A stretch of DNA of 64,000 nt from contig OZ024740.1 in assembly GCA_964016885.1 (NCBI GenBank), positions 363,692,001 to 363,756,000 of the forward strand, written 5' to 3'. Below, piece after piece: positions 12,858 to 26,393 of this stretch. The notes beneath the pieces are model-generated. The model was not told the origin of the DNA. It was given only the letters and a program-made list of their open reading frames with translations, and did not search any database. Positions within the stretch are counted from its first letter, which is position 1; every line of letters starts with the position of its first letter. The position numbers and the translations under genes are program-made. This DNA comes from Eledone cirrhosa (Eukaryota).

Positions 12858-12968
12858 ATTAGCAATACCACCAACAACATTTATCATATTTCTGGAAACC
12901 AAGGTAATAAATGGCAAGTAGACACAGCAACAATTGATATCTCAACAAGATCAAGAAATTCCTACAGA
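12858..12968 (+). CDS. MAM gene exon 5 (MAM2; phase 0-0)
   Basis: tcacag|ATT...AGA|gtaagt; ISNTTNNIYHISGNQGNKWQVDTATIDISTRSRNSYR. Confidence 0.9.
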
Positions 12969-13837
12969 GTAAGTAAACAATTTTATACTATTTCTATTTA
13001 GGCTTTTCGTTCTACATTCATTTAAGTAAGCAAGTATGTATATTACAATTAAATATTTGAATGTTTTATTGAAACATATCTTTACAGTCAAATTAATTTC
13101 ATAGCTGCAAGTACTTTATCGGAATATGGCTATACTATTTGCTGTCTGCATAGGTATCATATATATTCATGTAAAAGTGCCCTCCCTCTAGTATTTTTGG
13201 CCCAAAATTTGAATGAAACTATATTTGACAGGAAATGATACATTTTAAAATTCAATAGTTAAAATGCACTTATATTTTAAAGATATATTTTATAATTTCT
13301 TCATAATGGTAAATAATTAATATACATTTTAGTGTCAAGAAAACATTGTGATAAATGTTTGGCTACCTTTAGAAATAAGAGATGGGAAAGTATGAGAGAG
13401 AGATAGCAGAGATTGATCAGAGAGGATAAGATTTTACATTTCTTTGAATTTCAATTACCTCAGTCCATTACCAGGTCCCAAGGTCAAATCATGAAAAAAG
13501 GAGAGGAATGGTCATTTTGTAAATACACACATGAGCATATAACCACACATGCAAACACACAAATATATATACACACCAAGCACCATCATTGATATAACTA
13601 TACATACATATATACATATATTCATACTCATAGTCACTACCTTCTCTTACTTTTCTCAACTGGTGTCACTAAAGTAAAGAAATTTTGATAAATTGGCACA
13701 AAAGTTATACAAATTACATTGTTAAAATCATACTCTTTAAAAAGATTAAATTATCTTTTACAACAGGTTCTGTTTCTAACACTTTTTTTAAAATGTAGCA
13801 ATTCCATGAACTATAAATGAATTCTGATTTGTTTTAG

Positions 13838-13928
13838 GTGATATTTAAAGCAGTGAAGGGTCCCAATCAACGTGGAGATATTGCTGTTGATGATATTTCA
13901 TTTACTCTTGGACCTTGTTCATCAAAAG
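13838..13928 (+). CDS. MAM gene exon 6 (MAM2 C-terminus; phase 0-1)
   Basis: ttttag|GTG...AAAG|gtaacc; VIFKAVKGPNQRGDIAVDDISFTLGPCSSK. Confidence 0.92.
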
Positions 13929-15701
13929 GTAACCAAACCTTCAAGTAATTTTTATTTATAACTTTTCATTACCAATTTTGGTTGAACCTCCAGTTCTAGA
14001 TGTTTGATCAACAGAAAAATCTGCGCATAAAAATAACATGCAAATGACTGAGCATTTCACAGATACATGCATCCTTAGTGTAGTTCTCGGGGAGGTTCAG
14101 TGTGACACTAGAGTGTGACAAGGTTGGCTCTTTGAATTGCAGGTACAGTCCATCATGTGTAATTTGCTGAGCATTCCACAGTTGGTGGTCCTGTAACTCC
14201 TGATAGAGTCATAGGGACGCTGTATTGATATACAGCGTTTCTTGGGCATTTTAAGCCTAGCAGAGCCCATCCCTCTCCAGGCCTGAGTAATGCAGATATC
14301 TTCTAGAGAGAGGAAGAATCGCCTCTAGTACTATACTGGTACCTTTTTTTATTGCCCTCGCATTGATGAAAGGCAAAGTTGACCTCGGTGGGATTTGAAC
14401 TCAGATAGCAGAGAGCTGGAACAAATACCATAAAGCATTCTATACAACGTTCTAATGACTCTGCCAATTCGCCACCTGCTACAAGCCTGTTACAATTTGC
14501 CACAGTTACGAGCTCCATTAATATTGTTCTCAGGAAGATTCAGCAAGAAAGTGTGTGTCCAGTCTGGCTCTTGGAGTTACAGGTACAGCTCATTTTTCCT
14601 AGCTGAGTGGACTGGAGCAACATGAAATGTCTTACTCAAGGACACAATGCACCAACTGGTCCATAAATTGAACTCAAAACATTACAGTCATGGGTCCAAC
14701 ACCTTAATCACTAAACCATGTGCCTTTACTTAATAGTTCTACAGAGTGTTTATTTCCAATTGAAGAAATAATAATAAAAGTCCTCAATATTCCTGAACTT
14801 TGAAGCATGTTGAAAACAATTTAACTTTGCAACTATATGGCTCCAGGTTCAGTCCTGTTCCCCACTATCTTGAACCAATGTCTTCTATTACAGCTTCAAA
14901 GTTCTAAACCTTACAGGCTATGCTGGGTTAGTTTTCTGTGAAACTAACACTACCACTTTTCAGAGTCAACTGGGTGCATTTTATCAAGGTACCAATACTA
15001 GAGAGGCTATCACATACTACGTCCGACTGAAAAGTCCTTTCAAATCATATATTGTCTCTGTTCAATTTTGATTTAATAAAAGTTGTAAAGACTGATAAAG
15101 AGGATAATGAAAATATTTCGATTATAATTATAAAATTTTATAATTATAAAATGTATATAAACATATGCACATGTTAAGCCTTTTAATACCAAATTGTTTA
15201 AATCACCTTCGATTCTACAATACAGAACTGCTTATTTTTAATAGTTTATATTTATCTAAAAGCTTTGTATAATAATATTTAAGAACCTTTCACCCTTAAT
15301 GTCCTGATCCACAGAAAACAGATTTGCAAAACATTCTTTCAATGTACAAAACAGCACTATGACTACTTCAAATTAAATATTAATGTCTTTACTCTAATGA
15401 TACAAATTTTCACAATGATCTGTCTTCTATCAAAGGTACTGTAAACATTTGAATTAATAAATCCAGTTTTAGACATTTCCTCATAAATCATTACAGGATT
15501 TTAAGAGTTACGTTCTAAACACAAGCTTCATAATAAGAAAGTTATTCATATTATCAAATCCACCCAAATGTTTTACTATTTTCAGAATTTATTTGAAAAC
15601 CATAGGCAATGTATTTCGTTAGAAATATCATAATGAAAGGATTTTAATAAGATTTATTGACAAGCCAACTGATAAAAATTTTAACTTTATTTTTCTCACA
15701 G

Positions 15702-15845
15702 GAGATTGTGACTTTGAAGACTCCAATTGTTTGTGGACAAATGTTCAAAATACTGGAGATAATTTTGATTGGATAAGAACGACTGGCTCAACTTCAGGAA
15801 CCAACAACGGCCCAAAAGTTGACCACACAAAAAATAGGCCAAATG
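15702..15845 (+). CDS. MAM gene exon 7 (MAM3 N-terminus; phase 1-1)
   Basis: tcacag|GA...AATG|gtattt; GDCDFEDSNCLWTNVQ..FDW..GPKVDHT. Confidence 0.92.
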
Positions 15846-16861
15846 GTATTTTTTCTTTTTTTCAATTACAAAAAAGTAATATCAGGACAATGTTTCAGGG
15901 ATTCCTTTCAGATTTATGTTTAAATATATTATTCCACTCTGTGTTATATCTGATGATTTTAGTTGATGTATTTGTGTAGTAGCTGTGATATTATCAGCTT
16001 ACATTCTATTTACATAAATTATCAAAAGATAACAATTTGATGAAAGAAAATAATCAAATATAAAGAAAAATAAAGAAAAAACAAAAATAAAAAGAAGGAA
16101 GAAGCTATGTATACTGAATTACAAGCTCCAATATGAGGTGCTAGTGTTTCTAATAATTTTTGAGGCAAGCCAATGCATAGCATTACCTCAGTTGATAGTA
16201 GGTTACTTAATTACACACAAAAACAAGGAATGTTGGTATTTTCCCCCTAAATATAAGTGAGGAAAGCCAAGAGACTTGTGGCATTGCCACAGGTGATAGT
16301 GAGGCTAAGGAACTGGAATAACCAATCACCCTTATGAGTATCACTTGATTCAATAGTATGGCCTGATGATTGTGAGGCAAATAAGCAAGCACTCTCATGA
16401 GCATCCCTTGATATGTCAGTAACGTGAGCCCACCAACAATGACAAGAACCTTGCTGTCACTGCCCAAGCTCCCCCAGATATCTCAAATACCACAGCCTTG
16501 AAAAATATTTTACCTAAAAAAAATATATATTTTGAAAAATTGGACTTTCACCTGAGTGTATACGGTATGCATTTATACAAGTGTATATACAGCATGTGTG
16601 TCTGCAAGAGTATATATGATTTTTATGTCTGTACATGATATGTGTCTATATATGAGTATATACAGCATGTGTGTATACATGAATATTTATGAATATATAT
16701 GGTATGTGTATATACATGGTTATATACATAATGGTCTATACATTATATATGAGGTATATGTATATACATGGATATATACAGTATGTATATATACATAGAT
16801 ATATATGGACATGTCATAAGTATATATGGTGTGTACTTAAATAATTTAATATTTATTTCAG

Positions 16862-17020
16862 GTTACTACCAATATATTAAATCATCAAAAGGAACTAATT
16901 CTGGCCGAGCCTGGTTAGCTAGCCCTCTATTCCAACCACTGACAACTGACATGTGTTTGCAGTTTTGGTTTACTATCAATGGGAACGACACAACAAGACT
17001 GTCAGTAGTAACTGTTGCAG
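16862..17020 (+). CDS. MAM gene exon 8 (MAM3; phase 1-1)
   Basis: tttcag|GT...GCAG|gtttgt; GYYQYIKS..RAWLASPLF..MCLQFWF. Confidence 0.9.
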
Positions 17021-17928
17021 GTTTGTAGAATTCATCATCATCTTCATTAAATGTCGGTTTTCCCTACTAGCAGAGTCACAGACCAAGAGGGCCTGCATCT
17101 CACTTGCATGCATTCCTACACTCTACAGAGTGTAACTAGTGTATTTTATCATGGCGCTAGCACTGGGAAGGTCAGCATGTGTTTGATACAACTGAAGGGT
17201 CCTTCCAATACTTTGTTGAGCAATTTTTCTATAGCTGGATGTCCTTCCTATAACCAACTACTTTATAGGGTGTACTGGGTGCAGATATCATGTCTCCAGC
17301 ACTAGAAAGTATGTTATGCCCTTCACACAACTGAAGACTCCTCTCAACCCTTTTTTTATATGGTCTCCACAGCTGGATACACTTCTTATCACCAATTACC
17401 TTACAAGGTATACTGAGTGCATTGATAACTATTAACAAAATAACTAGATAGTTGCATGAAACCATTATTATTTAGTTGTATGATGCATGCATACAAAGTT
17501 TGATGTTGCATGGTAGTATGGCATGGACATTAAATGTTGAGGCTACACAAAGACTGGAGAGATATGATGCAAGTATGCTTTGATGGATGTAAGATGTTAG
17601 TGTGCATGAAATTTGAAGCATGGATAAATTGAGAGAAAAATTGCGTATAAGAAGAATCAGATGCTGTTTGCAAGAGAGAAGACTGCACTGATATGGACGT
17701 ATGATGTGTATGAATGATGATTGATGAAGAAAACAACCTGTGGCCTGGTTCAGGAATCAAACTCACAATTTTATGATCATGTGAACAACACTGTAACCAT
17801 TAGGTCATTTTTATGTACACCATTAAATTTATAAATTAATGTACTTTCATTGATACATAATTGAATTACATGTAATTCCAATACATTTCTTATTCTTTTT
17901 AATATAATATTTTCCTTCTTTAATTCAG

Positions 17929-18108
17929 GTACAAGGAACATTACAATCTGGCAGTTAAAGGGAAATGTAGGAAACCAGTGGATGCAAGGCCAAATATCTC
18001 TGCCTAGGATAGATAAGCCATATACTGTTGTATTTGAAGGTAGCAATGAGAATGAAGAAGGCATTATAGCTCTTGATGACATTACTTTCACCAATGAACC
18101 TTGCATAA
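17929..18108 (+). CDS. MAM gene exon 9 (MAM3 C-terminus; phase 1-1)
   Basis: attcag|GT...ATAA|gtaagt; IWQLKGNVGNQWMQG..VVFEG..IALDDITFTNEPC. Confidence 0.92.
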
Positions 18109-18154
18109 GTAAGTCTCTCTCTTCTGATTATATTGATATTTTATTAGAGATGTA

Positions 18155-19050
18155 GCAAGCCATTCAATGTGGGTGTCTGACTCCACAAAGGATGCATACT
18201 TTCAACTCTCCTGTTCATAATCTTCATGGACAGAATTGACATGCACAGCTGGGTAGGAAGTGGTGTCATGACTGGCAAGATCAGTTAGCTGAAATTTGCA
18301 GGCAGCATGGTACCATTTAACTTATCAAAAGTGATCTCTGGTACGCACTTGATAGTTTGCTGCTGAGTGCTGCATGGCAGGAATGAAAATCAGTACTGTG
18401 AAAACTGAGACACTCGTCCTCTCAAGGAAACCTGCACAGTGCACTCTACATGTGAATGGAGTTCCACAAGCAGGTGGAAAAGTTCAAGTATCTCGGGACT
18501 GTGTTCACAAGTGATGGAAGACAGGAGGCTGATTTAAATGCAAGAATTGCTTGAATTGGTGCAGTAATGCATCAGCTTCATCACTTGTTATTCAGAAGAA
18601 GTGTGGTAAGTGCAAAAGCCAAACTTGCTATCTTCAATTCAGTATTCATGCCAACCCTTACCTATAGTCATGAGTCTTGGATAATGACCAAAAGAATATG
18701 ATCACAAATACAAGCAGCCAAAATAGGTTTTCTCTGAAGGGTCTTTTGAGTAATGTTACTTAATTTGGAAATCAGAGAGTTGGTCTAAGTAGAAATGCAG
18801 CTTCTCTGAATTGAGAGATCACAGCTCTGATATTATGGACATGTGGCTAGAATGTCTCAGGAAGGAATCACTGGACAGATTTTATGGGCAAAACCAATTT
18901 GCAGGAGACCCAGGGATGGACTTCAAGCAATATGGTTAGATAATATGAGCTCAGCTAGTCTCATTTGGGTATCCAGCCAGATCACTTGGGGACCTGCTGC
19001 AAGGCGTGCTGCAAGGCGTGCTTAAGGTCTCTGCCCCAATGATCCTCCCA
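18155..19050 (+). mobile_element. Rex3/Expander-type RTE 3' half ending in (AAG)n
   Basis: Collinear with 46335-47000; KFKYLG and YGHVARM motifs; (AAG)n at 19050-19085. Confidence 0.75.
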
Positions 19051-19214
19051 AGAAGAAGAAGAAGAAGAAGAAGAAGAAGAAGAAGGAGGAGGGGGAAAAG
19101 AAGAAGAAGGTGGCAAATTGAGAATGCTTCGTTATACATTTCAGCTCTTTCTCACTGAGGTAGACTTTGCTTTTCCTCTTCTTTCTTCCTTTTCCTTTTT
19201 TTTTTGCTTTTTCT

Positions 19215-21660
19215 TTTTTTCTACATGGACAGCCAGTTTTAAAATCCTCTGTTTTGACCTGGAGAGCTATGATGAACAACAGTGGTTTAAGAACCAAACC
19301 TTGAATAACTCATACCTGTACCTTGAATTCCTCATTAAACTCACTTACTACACTCCCTTTACTGACAATTCCTCTATACATGGCTTGCACTGCTCTCACA
19401 AACAATTCTTCTACACCTAATTTCCTTAAAGACCACCATATAGATCAAGCTAGTCTGTCGAAAGATATTTCTAGATCAACAAAAGCTACATATAGGGGCT
19501 TATTCTTTGCTTGGAACTTCTCTTGTAGTTGCCTCATGAAGAAGAGGGTGTCTGTAGTACTTTTTCCAGTCATGAAACTAAATTGCATCTCATCTAATTT
19601 GATTCTCTCACTAATTAGTTGCGCTATAATTCTTTCCGTCACTCTCTTAACTTAGTCCATTAATTTATTCCTCTGTAGCTGCTCCTTTCGAGAGCGTCAC
19701 CTTTACCCTTGTAGCAATTTATTATTGTACTGCTGCATCAGTCATTGGGTAAAATTCCATCTTGTATTACCTGATTAAACTAGTTACTAGTTCAACTCCT
19801 ACTTCTCCTAATGCTTTTAGCATCCCAGCAGCTATCTCTGATGGTCCCATTGCTTTACCATTCTTTATGTTTTTGATTGCTTCTTTGACCCTATAACTGT
19901 CAACTTCAATAGCTTGTCCTTCTGTTGGTTAAGTTGTGGTTAGTTTCTTTTCCATCCATTTATGGCATCAGTGGTGCTAAGTTCATCAGCATCATTTCTA
20001 ACACATTTTCCACCAAGGACATCTCAATTTATACTAACACACTGCTTTGCAATGCAGAAGACTTCATCGCTCTGGTCCTCATGTCTCAAGATATTGGCAA
20101 ATTTTCTTTTTCAGCCTCTCTTTGAGCTGTGTATACCTGTTGTCTACCTTCTCTCTTAGCTACCTGGAACTGGTGTCTGCTACCCCCATTTTTACAGTCT
20201 TTCCATGTTTGTCTGTTAAGTTTAATAGTTCTATCCACTGTACTGTTCCACCCCTAGGTCACGCTCTCTTTGGCTGGTGCTTTGCCCCAGCCATAGGTCT
20301 CTTCAGTATTTTGCAAGAATTTCCAGATGTCCTCTATGTTATATGTACCTAGCTCATCACCCTTCTACTGCATCATGTAGGGCCTTTATAAACCGATATT
20401 TAACTGAAAGGTCCTTAAGTTTCCAAACACTCTATCTCCATATTTTCTTGTGTATCTAGTTCAGTTTTGTGTTTATTTTGATGTCAATTATAACTAACTT
20501 TTGTTGGGCAATGTATTCTTCCTCAGTGAAGACCTTAGTGTTTATTAAAGTCCGTTTATCTCATTGTCTTACGATTTAGTAATTAATTTGGTGTGTGTGT
20601 TCGTCTGATTGATATGAGATCAGTTGGCTGGCCAGTTTCCTGAAAGTTGTGTAGCAAATGATTAGTTCATTTATGTCACAGATTTACAGGAGCCTCACTC
20701 CTTCATTTCTTGAACCATAACCATAAACATAGCCCCATAACCTCCACTGAATTCATCCTGGTACTGTCCCACATGTCCTTTGAAGTCACCTAAGATGATG
20801 AGGTTTCTTTCATCAGTACCTGAAGTTGTCTGTAAAAGTTTGCTACAGAACCTGTTCTTTTTTTTTTACTCAGTCCTGCCTGTGGAGTGTATCATCATTC
20901 TATTTGCTGCAGCTATTCTAAGCTTGATGATTCTTTCATTTTCTTTAACTACCTCTATCATCTTATCTATCCATTTTTCAGCTAGTAAGGTGCCTACACC
21001 TCTTAACCCATAATCATTTCCTACCCAGTAGAGTTTATATCTCTGTTTTTTTTTTTGCTTGTGATTAGTCTTGCAGAGGCAGCCCTCTATCTCAAGTATG
21101 CTGTATACTTCTCTTCTCTCTAACAGATGCACAATTTCACCTGATTTATCTTTCAGATAAAGGGTGACCGTCCTGAAATGTGAACCTTGACAGTTGTTGT
21201 TACTTCCTTGGGTAAATGATCTATGTACCTGAAATGGAAAAAGGCTGTAAGATTGCTTGATGATGGTTGAGGGGTTCTCGCACATGGCTACTCTAGCCGA
21301 CTATTACCATGCACCACAGCACTACCATCACTAGTGTTAGGCCTATATACTCAATTAGTGAGAATCATATTTGTCATGTTTGTTATATTTTTGGCAGGGT
21401 TTTTCTGGCTGGATGCCCTTTCTATCACCAATCACTTTGCAGCATGGACTGGGTGCATTATTCGTGCCACCAGCACTAAAGAGGCTGTCTTACTGGACTC
21501 AAGAGTCCTCTCCATCCTGTATTAGTTCTTATTTGGATTGACTACTCTCTTAGATGGGTTGCCTCCACTACGGCTTACAGAACCCTATGTTTGCTTTGAG
21601 CTGTCATTATTGTTGGAGTCACTGCTCTTCTAGATAGGTTGCCTTCACTAAGGTCTATGG
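19215..21660 (-). mobile_element. Decayed RTE LINE (family C-like), APE to RT
   Basis: Fragments MCENPSTIIKQS..YKLYWVGN..GVGTLLAEKW and MQFSF..LYVAFVDLE, collinear with 26394-30160. Confidence 0.85.
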
Positions 21661-21928
21661 GGTCAATGATATTCTGATATCATAGGCAGCAAAGTAGCAG
21701 AGTTGTTAGAACATCAGGTAGAATGTCTTGCCCTATTTGTTCCTGTTCTCACATTTTATATGCCTCAGACAGCACCCACATGACTTCCCCAGAAGACACA
21801 AGTTTGTTGATGGATAAGCTGCTATCTTTTTTATTTTTTGGTAAAAATTCACAAAATTACCTGCATTATCACTACATTCATAACAGTTTAAAAAATATGT
21901 TGTTGATAATAATACTTTTATATTTCAG

Positions 21929-22120
21929 CACTACCAAACAATGCTAATGTAAATCATGTAATAACAACTGATAAACCAGTAGGAAGTACATCTCCTATTA
22001 CTACTACAAGTTTGTGCACCTTTGCAAACAATTTGTGTGGCTGGAGTCAAGATAAATCAGATGATGGCGACTGGAAAATAGGATCAAAATCTAATGGACC
22101 CAAATCAGACCATACTGGTG
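21929..22120 (+). CDS. MAM gene exon 10 (Thr-rich linker + MAM4 N-terminus; phase 1-1)
   Basis: tttcag|CA...GGTG|gtaag; LPNNAN..STSPITTTSLCTFANNLCGWSQDKSDDGDW..GPKSDHT. Confidence 0.92.
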
Positions 22121-22643
22121 GTAAGAAACTCTAATTCTTGCACTGCTATAGATTTTGTAAAATTTACATTACTAATGGTTAAGTATATATTTGTGAGTGA
22201 GATATGGGTGATGAACACGGAACAGAGAAAGCTGGAAAGAATGAAAATGAGAATGGTCCATTGGATTATTACTAAGAGAGAAGACATACAATGAAATGTA
22301 GAGGAAGATGAGAATAGAGCCAGTGATGAATGTTGAGGAGAGAAATGGAGTGAGATGGTTGGGCCATGTGTTGAGTGAAGATGAAAATGACTAGGTGGGA
22401 AGAATGATAGAAAGTAATATGGAATTAAATAGAGGAAGAGGAAAGACAACAAAATTTATGGATAAAGATGTTTAACAAGCATTCTGTGCCATTCCTATCA
22501 TAAAGCACTTTTTAAGAATTCATTAGTAGGTGTAAAGAAAAGAAATAATATGATTATTGGGAAAATAGTATTTTGTTCTACATGTCTTTGTTACTACATA
22601 GAATATATTTATATTAATTATTTTCTTACATTTTCTATTTCAG

Positions 22644-22900
22644 ATGGCCATTATATTTATAGTGAAAATTTCTATTTTGTCAGTAAAACATTCCGGCTGA
22701 TCAGCCCAGATTTTCAGGCTACAGGCCCAAGTTGTGTGACATTTTGGTATAACAAATATGGATATAGTTCAAATCCTCTCAGAATGTACATAAAAGAAGG
22801 CCTTAATATGCCATCTTCACCTGTATTAGCTCTAAATGAATATCCAAATACAAGATGGGAAAAAGAGATGTATACCATTCATATTAACAACACATTCAAT
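22644..22900 (+). CDS. MAM gene exon 11 (MAM4 core; phase 1-0)
   Basis: tttcag|AT...AAT|gtaag; DGHYIYSE..RLISPDF..SCVTFWYNKYG. Confidence 0.92.
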
Positions 22901-23050
22901 GTAAGAAAATATGTATAGATATACATTTAAATATTTTATTACCTTATTTCCATTGAAGAACACTACCCATGATTCTTAAATAATTTTTTAAATAATCCAG
23001 AATTCAGAAGGATATAGTAATATAATTAACTTTCTCATTATTATGCTTAT

Positions 23051-23238
23051 AAGGCGGTGGATTGGCAGTATCGGTAGAGAGTCGGACACCATACTTTGCA
23101 GCATAGAGTTACGTCCCTTTATGATCTGAGTTCAAATCCCGCCAAAGTTAACTTTGCCTTTCATCCTTATGGGGTCGATAAAATAAAGTACCAGTAATAC
23201 ACTGGGTAATTGCTGGCCTTGTGCCAAAAGTAGAAACA
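23051..23238 (+). mobile_element. tRNA-derived SINE (family S1) with 14-bp TSD
   Basis: Head with B box GAGTTCAAATCCC; core GCCTTTCATCCTT..GGGGTCGATAAAATAAAGTACCAG; TSD ATTATTATGCTTAT at 23037-23050 and 23239-23252. Confidence 0.85.
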
Positions 23239-24067
23239 ATTATTATGCTTATGTTTGGAACATGACTTAACAAAGTTTCTTACAAAAATCTATGGAGGAA
23301 GGTTTTTAGTAAATATAAACTCTTAAAATTAATAGCTTTGTATCATAGACTCAGAAGCATTTTTAGACTATGTCTTTCATTAGAAATATGGTAATGAGTG
23401 TGCTAAGCAGTTTGTATTTGATTTTTATCTACATTTTAAATAAGTCTGGTGGTGAATTGGCAGAGTCATTAGCATGTCGGATAGAATGCTTTAGTAACGA
23501 TATTAGAATGTCAAATGTACCATCTTCATCTTCATTTAACATAGAAACTGTCAATAAGGGTTGAGAGGACTCCTCACACTTTAGTGAAAGTGATCTACAT
23601 GATAAATGCACCCAATACACTCTGTAAAGGGGTTGATAATAGGAAGAGCATCCAATCATAGAAACTTTCAAACCAAGGTTCAAGAAGACTACAGTTGTGT
23701 CAAAGACATGACAACCTCTCTTGTACTGGTGCTAAGGTAAAATGTACTAGGTAGAGTGCAGGAATGTATGTAAGCTAGAAGCTCCCCCTACCTATTTGAT
23801 GGGTCAATAGCTCTGATTAAGTACTGACTTGGTTTGTGATTATCCATTCAGCTGTTGTCAATAGGGAAAATGGTTAAATGATGGTGATGATGATGGTTAA
23901 ACAATGAGAACTCAATACTAAGTTAATACAATTAATGTATATTTCAGGTAAAAATGTTAATGTAACATATTTTCTATTCTGAGTTGTTCACTGAGAGCAC
24001 TCTTTAGATAACTTAATTCACAAGGTTTTGTTTGAAATTACAAATTCATTGAATTATTTCTTTTAAG

Positions 24068-24146
24068 GTTATTTTTGAAGCTAAAAATTATTTGGGTGTT
24101 ACAGCTATAGATGATGTTTCCATAACTCCAGGAACTTGTAAGAATG
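24068..24146 (+). CDS. MAM gene exon 12 (MAM4 C-terminus; phase 0-1)
   Basis: tttaag|GTT...AATG|gtgagt; VIFEAKNYLGVTAIDDVSITPGTCKN. Confidence 0.92.
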
Positions 24147-24329
24147 GTGAGTAAACAATAGTTTTTCAGTAGCTACTCTTGTTTGTGTTACATTTATATC
24201 TCAGATGGATTAGCGGAATTGATAAAAAGTGGAATGGGATACTATACTGTATCTGATCTGGTTCTGTGCATTCAGAATTTAAATCCTGCCTCCTTCTGAC
24301 ATGAATTGTAACCAACAAATAGAATCACC

Positions 24330-26175
24330 AATGGAAAGAGAGCTTCATTGGTCCTTAGCCTTCTTTTTACAGTTATGCTAAATATCAAGAAATCTTTATA
24401 AATTTTGATGAATTTTGATAAATAGAAAAAAGAAAGTTTGCCATGTCTTGACTTGAATTGTTCTTCGCATTGCAAGGCAGAGTGTCAGTGAGTATCAGAA
24501 TGTTGTTGGGGCAAAGTGTGTTAGAAATGACACTGATGCACGTAGCACCATTGATGCTGGAAATGTTACTATGAGAGGCTGAGGAATGCAGAGAATGAAT
24601 GGGAGAAGAGACTACCCCCAACTTAGCCAAAAGGAAGAGCAACCATTGAAATTGACAGTTATAGGGTCAAACAGGCAATTCAGGACATGAAGAATGGTAA
24701 AGCTACAGGACCATCAGAGATAGTTGCCAAGATACTAAAAGCATTAGGAGAAGTAGGAATTGAACTAGTAACTAGCATAGTCAATCCCAATGACTGGTAT
24801 AGCAGTACAATCATAAATTGCTACAAGGGTAAAGGTGATGTTCTAGAAAGGAGCAACTATAGAAGAATAAAACTAATGAACTTATGAAAGTGATGGAAAG
24901 AATTATTGCACAGTTAATTAGGGAAAGAGTGAAAATAGATAAGATGCAGTTCAATTTCATACCTGGTTAAAGTACTACAGATGCAAGAGACAATGCAAGA
25001 GAAGTTCCTAGCCAAAAATAAGCCACTATATGTAGCCTTTGTTGATCAAGAGAAGGCCTTTGACAGAGTATCTTGATCTATTATCTAATGGCGACTTCTG
25101 AGAGCAGGGTATGCCATGTATAGAGGAGCTGTCAGTAAATTGTTCATCATAGCTCTCCAGGCCACAACAGAGGAGTTTAAAACTGGCTGTTAATGGGAAC
25201 TTCTCTATGCAGATGATTTATCCTTATAGCCAAATCTAGAAAATAAGTTCGACTATGGAAACAGAATTTGGAATCAAAAGGTTTGAGAGTAAACTTAAGC
25301 CAAAACTAAAGTACTTGTTTGTAGAAAAGAAGATAGGTCCCTGATTCCTTTAGAGAAGTGGCCATGCCCAATATTTAGAAAGGGAGTAGGCATAAACTCT
25401 ATGCGTTGAATACACAAAAGCTGTAGTGGTATATCAGGTAGACCAATGGGAAGGGAAGACTTTGTATGTAAAAGATGCACAGGAATAATCGATGGGAAGA
25501 GCATAAATACTATAAACGTTTTCCAATCACATGAAGGATACATAGAAGTGTTTGGTAGCTTCTGCTATCTAGATGACATAATTAGCAGTGTAGGAGGGTG
25601 CCTCAAGATCATATTAGCTAGAATAAGGATAGGATGGAAGAAATTTAGAGAGCTTCTCCCGCTGTGGACAATAATAGGTTTCTCCCTATGTACAAAAATA
25701 CAGCTGTATGAGATCTGTGTGCAATGTGCGATGCTAGTGAAACATGGGCAGTGACTTCAAAAGACATGCGTAGGGTAGAAAGAAATGAAGCAACCATGCT
25801 TCATTGGATGTGCAATGTAAATGTGACAGAATGGCAGAACTATGACGAACTGAGGAAAAAGCTAGGCTTAAGAGGAATTTCAGATGGTGTACAAGAGAGA
25901 AGACTGCATTGGTATGGACATGTGTGTGATGTGCATGGATGAGGATTGTTGGGTGACGAACTTCCAGGAAATTGCAGTAGAAGGAAGCTGCAATAGAGGT
26001 AAACCGAGAAAGACCTGGGCAGAAGTGATGAGAGCTGGTCGCAAATCACTGCTACTCACAGAGGAAATGACGAAGGAACATGGTAAGTGAGAGATGTTGT
26101 CCTGAAAAGGGCCTGTCAAACCCATGTGTTTGAGAAAAAAATGGACATAAAAAGGATGATGATGAGGATGATGAT
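24330..26175 (+). mobile_element. Decayed RTE LINE (family C-like), RT to 3' tail
   Basis: MKNGKATGPSEI, LLYADD, GWKKFRELLP and RRLHWYGHV fragments; (GAT)n-like tail. Confidence 0.85.
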
Positions 26176-26393
26176 AATAGCTGGATTCCTGATGTATATT
26201 GAGAGGTGACTACAATTAAAGAAGGTACTCAATATGGTAGTAGAGGTACTCAATATGGTAGTAGAGTTTTTTTTTATATATATATTAATGGCTACAGGAC
26301 TAGGACTGTTTAATTCATAAGAAAGGATTTTCTGATGATGCCTTGTGTCCTGTAGTAATTTATATAATACACACACACACATATATATATATA

